From an uncultured Gammaproteobacteria bacterium (GTDB lineage: Bacteria; Patescibacteriota; Microgenomatia; UBA1406; HO2-37-13b): a stretch of DNA of 48,248 bases. The position numbers and the translations under genes were made by a program. The stretch covers positions 1 to 48,248 of the forward strand of contig CAZWRH010000001.1 of assembly GCA_964636045.1 (NCBI GenBank), given 5' to 3'. Shown one piece after another: positions 27,934-35,690 of this stretch (within the stretch, counting starts at the first letter, position 1; each line of letters opens with the position of its first letter). A model generated the notes under the pieces. The model saw nothing but the letters and a program-made list of their open reading frames with translations. It was not told the origin of the DNA and did no database searches.

Positions 27934-29709
27934 CTATAAAATATTTAATTTTTTTTCTACCCCAGATAATTGTTGGGATAAATCTTGTATCATTTTAATT
28001 TCATCATCATTTTGATCATTTTTTTTAGCAATTTCATTAATTTTTTTCTTTAAGGTATTTTTTTTTATTTCAAAAATAATTTTTTCAAAATTAAGATTCT
28101 TTAAATCTCCCTCAAAGTATTCAATATCAAAAAGAATTATTTTATCAAAAGTATCTACTAATTCTTTTGGTAAAAAATTAATAAATTGATTTGAATCAAA
28201 TTTATTTTTTTCTATTTTTTGATATTCAATAAAATTTTCAAAAAGCTTTTGATGATTTAAATAATAAAAATCCTGATCTGATAAATAATTTTTATATTTA
28301 TCAAAAAAAGAAAAAGGATTTTCATTTAAAAAAATGCTATTTAACATAAACTTTTCTAGCATTTCTTGACGCTCCATTTTATCATTACTTTTTTTAAATG
28401 CAACATATTTTTTTTCGTATGAAAAAATCTTTTTATTTTTTTCATAAATCAATCTCTCAACATCTTTATTTTCAACTTCAAGTAAATCGGCAATTTTTTT
28501 TACATAGTAAGATTTTACGATTGGATTTTTTATATAGTTTAAGAAAGGAACAACTTCATCTGCAATTTTCTTTTTTGCAAAAGCATTGTTGTCTTGATTT
28601 TTTTCTATTGCACTATTAATGATAAAATCATAAATCGGAATTGCTTTTTTGATTTGTTGTTTAAATTTAATTGGATCTTTTTTAAGCGCTTCGTCTGGAT
28701 CTTTTGCAAAATCAATTCTCAAAACCGTAATTTCAAATTCAAGCTCTTCAGCGTCGATAATAGCTCGCTTTGTTGTTTCATTTCCTGATACATCTGCGTC
28801 AAGACATAAAATCAATCGATTTGTATATCTTTTAATAAGTCTAAGCTGTTCTTTGGTAACAGCAGCTCCTTTGACTGCAACTACATTGTCAATTCCGTGC
28901 ATAAAACAGGAAATCATATCAAATTCTCCTTCAGTAATAATTACGCTATTGCTTTTTCTAATGTTGTCTTTTGTTAAATTTATTCCAAAAAGAGTCTCTC
29001 TCTTATGATAAATTTCTGTTTCTGGGGTATTTATATATTTGGCTTCTTTTGGGTCATTTTCTATGATTCGTCCAGAAAAGCCAAGGATATTATTGTTAAT
29101 ATCTTTTAATGGAAACATTAATCTTTTTCGAAATCTATCAAAATATTTCCCTTTTTCTGACTTAACAATTAATCCAGTTTTTAAAATATCTTGTTCATTA
29201 AATCCTTTTTTTTTAAGAAAATTTAATAGAGAGTCCCATGAAGAGGGTGAATACCCAAGTGAAAAAGTATCAATAATTTTATTATTAATTTTTCTTTCAT
29301 CTAAATATTTTTTTGAAGTTTTTCCTATTTCGTGTTTAGTTAATATATAGTGGTAATAATCATTAGCAAGGTTATTGATTTTATAAAGTTTTTCTTTTTC
29401 AGTCCATTGCTTATCTTTAAATTCATTATTATCAAGCTTTACTCCAGCTTTTTCAGCTAGAATTTTAAGAGCTTCATAAAAAGTTAATCCATCAAGTTTC
29501 ATTAAAAACTTAACAATATCTCCTCCATCATTACAAGCGCCAAAACAATGCCAAATTTGTCTGTCGGGTGATATCACAAAAGATGGAGTTTTTTCGCTAT
29601 GAAAAGGACAACAGGCTTTGTAGTTTCTTCCTGCTTTTTTTACAGATACGTAACTTCCAATAAAGTCAACAATATCAATTTTCTTTTTTATTTCATCTAT
29701 CGCGGTCAT
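27934..29709 (-). CDS. dnaG: DNA primase DnaG
   Basis: Zinc-binding domain CPFHSEKTPSF...WHCFGCNDGG-like (CCPFHSEKTPSFVISPDRQIWHCFGACNDGGD) and a TOPRIM domain (ITEGEFDMIS...LCLDADVSG). Confidence 0.95.
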   Translation of the reverse strand: MTAIDEIKKKIDIVDFIGSYVSVKKAGRNYKACCPFHSEKTPSFVISPDRQIWHCFGACNDGGDIVKFLMKLDGLTFYEALKILAEKAGVKLDNNEFKDKQWTEKEKLYKINNLANDYYHYILTKHEIGKTSKKYLDERKINNKIIDTFSLGYSPSSWDSLLNFLKKKGFNEQDILKTGLIVKSEKGKYFDRFRKRLMFPLKDINNNILGFSGRIIENDPKEAKYINTPETEIYHKRETLFGINLTKDNIRKSNSVIITEGEFDMISCFMHGIDNVVAVKGAAVTKEQLRLIKRYTNRLILCLDADVSGNETTKRAIIDAEELEFEITVLRIDFAKDPDEALKKDPIKFKQQIKKAIPIYDFIINSAIEKNQDNNAFAKKKIADEVVPFLNYIKNPIVKSYYVKKIADLLEVENKDVERLIYEKNKKIFSYEKKYVAFKKSNDKMERQEMLEKFMLNSIFLNENPFSFFDKYKNYLSDQDFYYLNHQKLFENFIEYQKIEKNKFDSNQFINFLPKELVDTFDKIILFDIEYFEGDLKNLNFEKIIFEIKKNTLKKKINEIAKKNDQNDDEIKMIQDLSQQLSGVEKKLNIL

Positions 29710-29746
29710 AATTCTTTATCCTATTGTATCTGATTTTTTCAAAAAA

Positions 29747-29995
29747 TTATTTCTTTTTATTTTTTACTGTGACTTTCTTTTTTTCTGGTAAAGCAACAAC
29801 CTTTCTTTCTTTTACATAATTAAAAATTATGTATGAAAGAGGAAGTATTCCAACAGAATTTATTATCAAGAGAAAAACAAACATTATTTTATGATTGCGT
29901 TTAGAAGCTTGCCATAATGCAAATCCTTTTAATAATAATTCCCAAACAGCTAAAAAATAAAAAAACTCTACTGGTAGATTGTATAAATTTGGCAT
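29747..29995 (-). CDS. Small two/three-TM membrane protein (resembles the CPR-common DUF5652-type family, from memory)
   Basis: 82 aa: ...LLKGFALWQASKRNHKIMFVFLLIINSVGILPLSYIIF..., with a basic C-terminal tail. Confidence 0.5.
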   Translation of the reverse strand: MPNLYNLPVEFFYFLAVWELLLKGFALWQASKRNHKIMFVFLLIINSVGILPLSYIIFNYVKERKVVALPEKKKVTVKNKKK

Positions 29996-30026
29996 ATTTA
30001 TTAAATTTTTAAATAATAATATTGTA

Positions 30027-30437
30027 TCAAATAATATAGTTATTTTCTTTTAACCAAGGAAAAATTTGTCTTTGGCCGATTTCTGATATATGTTTCTTAT
30101 CAGTATTGCTATCAAAAAAATTTATTTCGGCAATTTCTGATGATGCAATAGGTTGTCCAATAATATTTGCTTTATACAATTTTAAATTTAAAAAAGTATT
30201 TTCTTTTCCATGAGCAATATCTTCAAATTCTTTTAAAAATTTAATTGAGCTTTTATCGATATCGCAATTAATTTCCTCTTTTACTTCGCGTACTAACGCA
30301 TCAATATCACTTTCGCCTTTTTCTATTTTTCCTCCTAACATATAAAAAACTTCTTTCTGTTTTTTGCTTCTAACCATTATTATTTTTTTATCAATAAAAA
30401 AAGCTAATGCAATTTTTTTTATTAATATTTTTTTCAT
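30027..30437 (-). CDS. NUDIX hydrolase
   Basis: Nudix box GGKIEKGESDIDALVREVKEEINCDI (Gx5Ex7REUxEExGU). Confidence 0.85.
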   Translation of the reverse strand: MKKILIKKIALAFFIDKKIIMVRSKKQKEVFYMLGGKIEKGESDIDALVREVKEEINCDIDKSSIKFLKEFEDIAHGKENTFLNLKLYKANIIGQPIASSEIAEINFFDSNTDKKHISEIGQRQIFPWLKENNYII

Positions 30438-30460
30438 AATTATTTATTTTATAATAAATC

Positions 30461-31144
30461 ATGACAGAATTTTCAGACTATATTAATAGTCAAGAAACTC
30501 AAAAAGCTAATAAAGTTAATTTGCTAAATTCTTTTGAAAGAAAAGTATTTCCACATTCAATATCTGTTGACTCAAAGTTAATAGGTCAGGAAAAGTGGAA
30601 TAAAATGCTTGAAGAAACAGAAAAAGACGGTATAGAAAGGGGAATTTTTATTTCGTCAGATGAAAAAGGTAGATCTTATTTAAGTAAAATATTTAAAGGA
30701 ACCTCTGAAATTATAAAGAATGGAGAAGTTGTTGAAAGACCATCTTTTAATTTAAGAGCAAAGGAAGAATCTATTATTGATTTATTTTTTTCACCGATTA
30801 GTTTTTTAAATCAGCAAGATATTGTGGTAGTACATACTCACCCAAAAAAATATTTAATATTTTCCGAATATGATATTTGTGCTTTTGCGCAGTCAGAATA
30901 TAATGCTTTAGTTATGTTAAATAACCTGGGAGTGCATTTATTAATTGGACAACATAGTCAGCTTAATTTAGATGAGGTTGCAGAAAAATATCAAGAGTTA
31001 AAAAATAAAAATATTTCAGATTTGTCAAAGGTAAAGGAAATGGGAGAATATATTTCTAAATTTAATTTAGGTTATTATTTTTCTAATGACTTAAAAAAAG
31101 TTGATTTAGAAAAAAATTTCATTCATACTTCAAGGCTCGAATAA
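30461..31144 (+). CDS. Hypothetical protein with a complete JAMM/MPN+ metalloprotease motif
   Basis: H-x-H-x7-S-x2-D is present as HTHPKKYLIFSEYD (30833-30874), with an upstream Glu in GIERGIFIS. I recognise no other domain. Confidence 0.55.
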   Translation: MTEFSDYINSQETQKANKVNLLNSFERKVFPHSISVDSKLIGQEKWNKMLEETEKDGIERGIFISSDEKGRSYLSKIFKGTSEIIKNGEVVERPSFNLRAKEESIIDLFFSPISFLNQQDIVVVHTHPKKYLIFSEYDICAFAQSEYNALVMLNNLGVHLLIGQHSQLNLDEVAEKYQELKNKNISDLSKVKEMGEYISKFNLGYYFSNDLKKVDLEKNFIHTSRLE

Positions 31145-31196
31145 AATTCAATCCTACTTTTAGATGTTAATTTTCTTAATATTAGATATATCAATG

Positions 31197-31283
31197 CGGA
31201 AAGGGAGGGATTTGAACCCCCGATGACCTTTCGGTCATACCGTTTTTCGAGAACGGCCCGTTCAACCACTCCGGCACCTTTCC
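31197..31283 (-). tRNA. tRNA-Ser (anticodon CGA), class II with long variable arm; CCA not encoded
   Basis: Folds by hand into a cloverleaf. Acceptor GGAAAGG/CCTTTCC, 3-bp D stem, anticodon stem CCGTT/AACGG with loop CTCGAAA, variable arm TGACC-GAAA-GGTCA, T arm GGGGG-TTCAAAT-CCCTC, discriminator G. Length 87 nt. Confidence 0.92.
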
Positions 31284-31298
31284 AGTATCCATATTGTA

Positions 31299-32351
31299 TC
31301 AAAGCTTGATTATTTCAAAATCACATTCAATTTCTTTTACAATTTCTTTTTCAGTTGTCGTCATTATTGTTTGATGATTTTTAATAAGAGATAAAATAAC
31401 TTTTTTATTGTTTATATCGAGTTCTGAAAAAATATCATCAAGTAATATTAATGGTTTAATGTTTAATTTTTCTTCATATAGTTTTATTTCATTTAAAATA
31501 ATCCAAAATAATGCTAGTCTTTGTTCACTTCTTGATCCAAATTTATGTACATTTTTGTCATTTAAAAAAATTTCAAAGTTATCTCTTTGTGGACCCACTA
31601 AAGTTCTTTTTATTAAAAATTGTTTTTCAAAAGTATCAGCAAGTGTAATGTGTGATAATATTTTTGGCTCATAAATTATCTTCATGTTTTTAGAGTCTAC
31701 TTTTGGGTTGCTGTTTAAAAATTCACAAAAATCTTGTCTTTTTGAAACTAAATAATCAGCCTGTTCAATTAAATAATTATCCCAAAACTTTAAGTTTTCT
31801 TTTAATTTATTTTTATCAATTTCTTTTTCAATTATTTTATTTCTTTTCCTAAGTCCTGTTTCATAATTTGACAGTCTTTTTTTATATTCATTATCAAAAC
31901 TGCCAATTATTGAATCAAAATATTCTCTTCTTTCTGAAGGATCACCATCTATTACAAACATTAAGTTTGGTGAAAATATAACTGCAGGAAAACTATTTTT
32001 TTGATATTCTCGAGAAATTTTTTTTACTTTATTTATAAAATATACTTTGACAATTTTATTTGATTCATAAGACTGAGAATTGCTTTTTTGCATTACAATT
32101 CTTAATTCTTTTTTTTCCAAACTATCTTTTAAAGTTGCTGTTGAATAAAGCTCATTACATTTTTCACATATTAGTTCTTCTTCTTTTTTTTCTCTAAATC
32201 CATTACCTCTCAAAGTAAAATAAATGGATTCTAAAAGATTGGTTTTTCCTATAGAATTTTTACCAAGAATAATGGTTAAACAATCACTAAAATTAAAAGT
32301 ATTTTTTTGGAAGTTGCGAAAATTATTTATTTCAATTTTTGCTAGTTTCAT
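31299..32351 (-). CDS. recF: DNA replication and repair protein RecF
   Basis: MKLAKIEINNFRNF...ILGKNSIGKTNLLESIYF (Walker A), the signature GSRSEQRLALF-like motif, and Walker B ILLDDIFSELD. Confidence 0.88.
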   Translation of the reverse strand: MKLAKIEINNFRNFQKNTFNFSDCLTIILGKNSIGKTNLLESIYFTLRGNGFREKKEEELICEKCNELYSTATLKDSLEKKELRIVMQKSNSQSYESNKIVKVYFINKVKKISREYQKNSFPAVIFSPNLMFVIDGDPSERREYFDSIIGSFDNEYKKRLSNYETGLRKRNKIIEKEIDKNKLKENLKFWDNYLIEQADYLVSKRQDFCEFLNSNPKVDSKNMKIIYEPKILSHITLADTFEKQFLIKRTLVGPQRDNFEIFLNDKNVHKFGSRSEQRLALFWIILNEIKLYEEKLNIKPLILLDDIFSELDINNKKVILSLIKNHQTIMTTTEKEIVKEIECDFEIIKL

Positions 32352-32368
32352 GGTAAATATTTTACCTT

Positions 32369-33703
32369 TTATTCACTCTTTTTTTTTAGCAAAAATAATG
32401 ATTCAAAAAAACTTGGAAGTTTAAAAAATTTTCTAACGATAATTACGTTTTCAAATACTCTAAACATATGATTCCAAAAGCTTTGTCTAAAAACTGAAAT
32501 ATGAGAAAAGTCATCTCCATGAGTTATATTTACCCAATGGTTTTCTTTAGTATAAATTTTATGAAGTATCCATTTTTTTGAAACCCTAATACTTTCCTCA
32601 AGTGATTTTTTTAACTTAGATCTTTCTATGTGTTCTAAAACATCAAATGATAATACCAAATCAAAAGATTCGTCTTTATAAGGAATTTTGGTGATATCTC
32701 CATATTTTATGTATGGTTTTAATTCTTTATCCGCTACTTCAAGTGCATATTTAGAAATTTCAATTCCATATGCTTCAATATCAAGTTTTCTTAAATACTT
32801 AATTAAACTTCCATTACCACAACCAATATCTAAACAATTTTTAGGATTAATAAATGTTTTTATCCAAAAAGCTCTATACATGTTAGCCAAATTTTGAAGA
32901 GTTTTTCCTAAAAATGATTCTGTATATGCGAGTGGATATTCTCCTTTTTTTCCTTCAAAATATTCTCTGTCGTAAAAGGAATTATCAACTTTAAATGGAG
33001 TAATAACAGTTCCAATAAATGGTTCCCCATTTAATACATTTTCTAAATTTCTAAATTTTTTTCCATGAGCAACGATAACGGTAAGTCTTTGTTTTTTTGC
33101 AAGTTGAGACGCGATAGGATCAAATGGTGCGTTTACTCCAGGAACCCATTCATCACCAACAATTTTTTCAAAAAAATCCCAAGTAGTTTTTTTTATTGGT
33201 TGTGCATCTTTAAAAACTCTTGGATCTTTGTCAAAAACATAATCAATATTTGACATGTTTATAATTACTGAAGCATGATAGTTTATGGCTAAAACTGTTG
33301 CACAATAATCAGTAGATCTTCCTGGTTTCCAGCCAGAACCAATAATAACTGGTTCTTTCCAATTTTTTATTTTTTTTGCGTAGTCTTTAATAATTACTGG
33401 ATGTGCGATATCTTGAAAAATAGTTCTTACAAGATGAGCATTTAGTCGAGTACTATGAATTCCTAGCCAATCCAAATCGTCATTAGTCAATTCTCCAATA
33501 ACACTTTTTCCAGCTCCAATATAACGCCTTGCAATTGATCCACCTCCAGTTACGATGATAAATCTTTTTCCTTTTTTAATTTGATCCCTAACAAAAGAAT
33601 TGAGTTTTTTTAGAAAATCAATATCAACTTCATCTCCAGGAACAATTAAACTTCCACCAACTGACAAAATTATTGTTTCTTGGTTTTTTTTATGAAATGA
33701 CAT
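32369..33703 (-). CDS. Fusion protein: archaeal-type UMP kinase / amino-acid-kinase-fold domain (N-terminal, ~aa 1-235) + class I SAM-dependent methyltransferase (C-terminal, ~aa 270-444)
   Basis: N-terminal part: ILSVGGSLIVP...FIIVTGGGSIARRY...GSGWKPGRSTD. C-terminal part: CLDIGCGNGSLIKYL (motif I) and FDLVLSFDVLEHI (motif II/III region). Confidence 0.7.
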   Translation of the reverse strand: MSFHKKNQETIILSVGGSLIVPGDEVDIDFLKKLNSFVRDQIKKGKRFIIVTGGGSIARRYIGAGKSVIGELTNDDLDWLGIHSTRLNAHLVRTIFQDIAHPVIIKDYAKKIKNWKEPVIIGSGWKPGRSTDYCATVLAINYHASVIINMSNIDYVFDKDPRVFKDAQPIKKTTWDFFEKIVGDEWVPGVNAPFDPIASQLAKKQRLTVIVAHGKKFRNLENVLNGEPFIGTVITPFKVDNSFYDREYFEGKKGEYPLAYTESFLGKTLQNLANMYRAFWIKTFINPKNCLDIGCGNGSLIKYLRKLDIEAYGIEISKYALEVADKELKPYIKYGDITKIPYKDESFDLVLSFDVLEHIERSKLKKSLEESIRVSKKWILHKIYTKENHWVNITHGDDFSHISVFRQSFWNHMFRVFENVIIVRKFFKLPSFFESLFLLKKKSE

Positions 33704-33717
33704 TTTTTTATTGGCGT

Positions 33718-33744
33718 AAAAAAACCCCCTTTTGTTTGGGGGTT
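33718..33744 (-). terminator. Intrinsic-terminator-like hairpin in the 5' leader of the UMPK::MTase gene (candidate attenuator)
   Basis: The minus strand reads AACCCCC-AAACAAAA-GGGGGTT followed by a U-run (7 U in total after GGGGG). It ends 14 nt upstream of the ATG at 33703. Confidence 0.6.
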
Positions 33745-33754
33745 ATTAATTTAC

Positions 33755-33829
33755 TTAAATTAAATAAATAATTTTTAAATCAGATTGTTTAGGGAAAAAT
33801 TTCATCCATTTGGCGAAATTTGATTGCAT
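33755..33829 (-). CDS. Candidate leaderless 24-codon leader peptide (MQSNFAKWMKFFPKQSDLKIIYLI)
   Basis: The ATG lies 10 nt downstream of the extended -10 at 33840-33848. The stop TAA lies 10 nt upstream of the terminator stem. This is speculative, because short ORFs arise easily in AT-rich DNA. Confidence 0.3.
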   Translation of the reverse strand: MQSNFAKWMKFFPKQSDLKIIYLI

Positions 33830-33839
33830 ACAAATTTAA

Positions 33840-33848
33840 ATTATAGCA
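33840..33848 (-). promoter_or_regulatory. Extended -10 (TGcTATAAT) on the minus strand driving the leader / UMPK::MTase-recF-tRNA-Ser operon
   Basis: The minus strand reads acTGCTATAATttaaatttgtATG. Confidence 0.5.
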
Positions 33849-33853
33849 GTTTT

Positions 33854-33882
33854 TTGACAAAAAACAACGCTTATAGTACAAT
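33854..33882 (+). promoter_or_regulatory. Near-consensus sigma-70 promoter TTGACA-17-TACAAT, 9 nt before the ATG at 33892
   Basis: TTGACA at 33854-33859, a 17-nt spacer, TACAAT at 33877-33882. There is no SD, so a leaderless or ~2-nt-leader mRNA is predicted. Confidence 0.65.
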
Positions 33883-33891
33883 TTTGTTGTA

Positions 33892-34746
33892 ATGAGGCGC
33901 TTAAGACTAACTATAACCCTAAAAGAATCTACAGTTTTAGATGTTGATAAATTAATCGATGGACAAAAACTTAGAAATAGATCTCATGCTATTGAGTATA
34001 TTCTTAACCAAAATTTAAACCAAAAAGTATATAAAGCAATAATTCTTGCTGGAGGTCGAGGAACAAAACTTAGACCATACACTTTAGAAACTCCAAAATC
34101 TCTTCTTTTAATCAAAGGACAACCTATTATTAAATATTTAATTGAGAATTTAAAAAAATCTGGAGTAACTGATATTATGATCTGCGTTGGCCATTTGGGA
34201 AATAAAATAAAGGATTATTTAAAAGATGGAAAAGAATTTGGAGTAAAAATTTCTTATTCAGAAGAAAAAAAACCACTTGGAACTGGTGGTGCAATTTCTA
34301 AGATAAAAGATTTTATTGATGATAAGCCATTTTTAGTTTTACATGGAGATATTCTTATTGATTTAAATTTAAAAGATTTGCTTGAATATCATAGCGAACA
34401 GGGTGGCTCAATTATAGGAACAATTGCATTATCTCAAGTCAATAATTCTTCAATGTGGGGACAGTTTAGAATGCATGGTACAAAAATAGTTAATTTTATT
34501 GATAAAACAAAAAAAGGAGAAGAAGAGAGTCATTTAATTAATACTGGAGTTTATGTTTTTGAAAAGAAAATATTTGATTATTTTCCAACTGGCCAAAAAA
34601 CTTTTTTACTTGAAGATATTATAAAAAATTTAATTAAAGATAGAAAAATTACTGGCTTTGTTTTTGAAGGTCAATGGTTTGATGTTGGAACGCCAGAAAC
34701 TTACGAAGAAGCGATAAAATCTTTTTTATTAAAATCCTCCACCTGA
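33892..34746 (+). CDS. Fusion protein: N-terminal ribbon-helix-helix (CopG/Arc/MetJ-like) domain + sugar-1-phosphate nucleotidyltransferase
   Basis: aa 1-45 read MRRLRLTITLKESTVLDVDKLIDG...NRSHAIEYILNQNL (beta-alpha-alpha RHH pattern). This is followed by ILAGGRGTKLRPYTLETPKSLL (the NTP_transferase G-loop) and ...LGTGGAI...VLHGDIL.... Confidence 0.7.
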   Translation: MRRLRLTITLKESTVLDVDKLIDGQKLRNRSHAIEYILNQNLNQKVYKAIILAGGRGTKLRPYTLETPKSLLLIKGQPIIKYLIENLKKSGVTDIMICVGHLGNKIKDYLKDGKEFGVKISYSEEKKPLGTGGAISKIKDFIDDKPFLVLHGDILIDLNLKDLLEYHSEQGGSIIGTIALSQVNNSSMWGQFRMHGTKIVNFIDKTKKGEEESHLINTGVYVFEKKIFDYFPTGQKTFLLEDIIKNLIKDRKITGFVFEGQWFDVGTPETYEEAIKSFLLKSST

Positions 34747-35049
34747 TAATCCAAAAATTGTTGCAATAATTTTTGTTAAAACATAAGAACTAATCAGTAA
34801 TATAAATCCAATTAATGCAGCTGTAATTTTTGCTTTTCCGTTTTCAATTTTTTTAGCATCACCAAAAGACAATAAATAATTGTATCCACCCCAAATTAAA
34901 TATAAAAAAAGCAATATTCCTCCAAGTGGAAAAAGAAAGGTTAGAGTTTTGGTTATGACTGATCCAATATTGTTAAAGCTACTATCAAGAGGTCCTTGAA
35001 TGGTTTGACTTCCAACTGTGATACTTTGAGCTAAGATTTTATTTTCCAT
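34729..35049 (-). CDS. Small two-TM protein resembling VirB2/TrbC-type 'T4SS pilin' proteins common in CPR genomes
   Basis: LFPLGGILLFLYLIWGGYNYLLSFGDAKKIENGKAKITAALIGFILLISSYVL: two hydrophobic helices around a short G-D-x-K-K loop. The family assignment is from memory, not a search. Confidence 0.5.
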   Translation of the reverse strand: MENKILAQSITVGSQTIQGPLDSSFNNIGSVITKTLTFLFPLGGILLFLYLIWGGYNYLLSFGDAKKIENGKAKITAALIGFILLISSYVLTKIIATIFGLSGGGF

Positions 35050-35690
35050 ATTGTATTAACTTTAATAATTATATAAAAAAATAAATTAATTATTATTGAT
35101 ATTAAAAAGTATTTATTTATGTCTATTAAAAAATTTGTAAAAGTGTTTATTTTAAAAATAGATCTTATATCTATGTTTAAAATATAAAAAATACAACCCA
35201 ATATCAATATAAACCCAATAAAATAATATAAATCTTTTAAATCTTCTTTAGAAGAAAACATGGATGAAGATATTGAAAAAAATAAATAGCAAAATAATAG
35301 GTTTGTTATTAAAGAGTTTGATGGAAAAAAATTAAAATGGAATATATAATAAAAAAATCCAATCCCAAAAAGTAGGGGAGATATTCCAATAACAAATCCT
35401 CTTAAAAAATCAGTTTTTTCAATTGAAACAGATCCAAGAGTTACTTCTTTATTTCCAATTTTTGGAATTAAATCAATTTTGTTTATCTTTGTTAACAGAA
35501 ATAATGCACTAAATAGATGAGATAATTCATGAAAAACGGTACCAGGTAAATATAAAATCGATATTAAATAATAGCTAATTTTTGAATTTTTAAAACTTTT
35601 ATAAAATAAATAGAAGATTTTTTTTTGAATATAAATTGAAAAAAAATAAATTACAAGTATTTGCAGAATAAGTAAAAAAAAATATTCCAT
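35031..35690 (-). CDS. Polytopic membrane protein with an HExxH motif (M50B/site-2-protease-like putative zinc metalloprotease)
   Basis: GTVFHELSHLFSALFL, with HExxH at 35517-35531 at the edge of a TM helix, followed by a ...KEVTLGSVS... loop and 4-5 further TM helices. Confidence 0.45.
   Translation of the reverse strand: MEYFFLLILQILVIYFFSIYIQKKIFYLFYKSFKNSKISYYLISILYLPGTVFHELSHLFSALFLLTKINKIDLIPKIGNKEVTLGSVSIEKTDFLRGFVIGISPLLFGIGFFYYIFHFNFFPSNSLITNLLFCYLFFSISSSMFSSKEDLKDLYYFIGFILILGCIFYILNIDIRSIFKINTFTNFLIDINKYFLISIIINLFFYIIIKVNTIWKIKS

Noticed and set aside
28398-29350. Several 64-119-aa plus-strand ORFs (28398-28619, 28594-28788, 28649-29008, 29039-29350)
   Set aside because: All are antisense shadows inside dnaG, which has clear zinc-finger and TOPRIM motifs. 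Their translations are low-complexity S/F/L/I-rich.
30461-31300. Possible integrated mobile element or genomic island at tRNA-Ser
   Set aside because: I found no integrase, recombinase or phage genes and no direct repeat of the tRNA 3' end nearby. The flanking genes are housekeeping (recF, NUDIX, dnaG).
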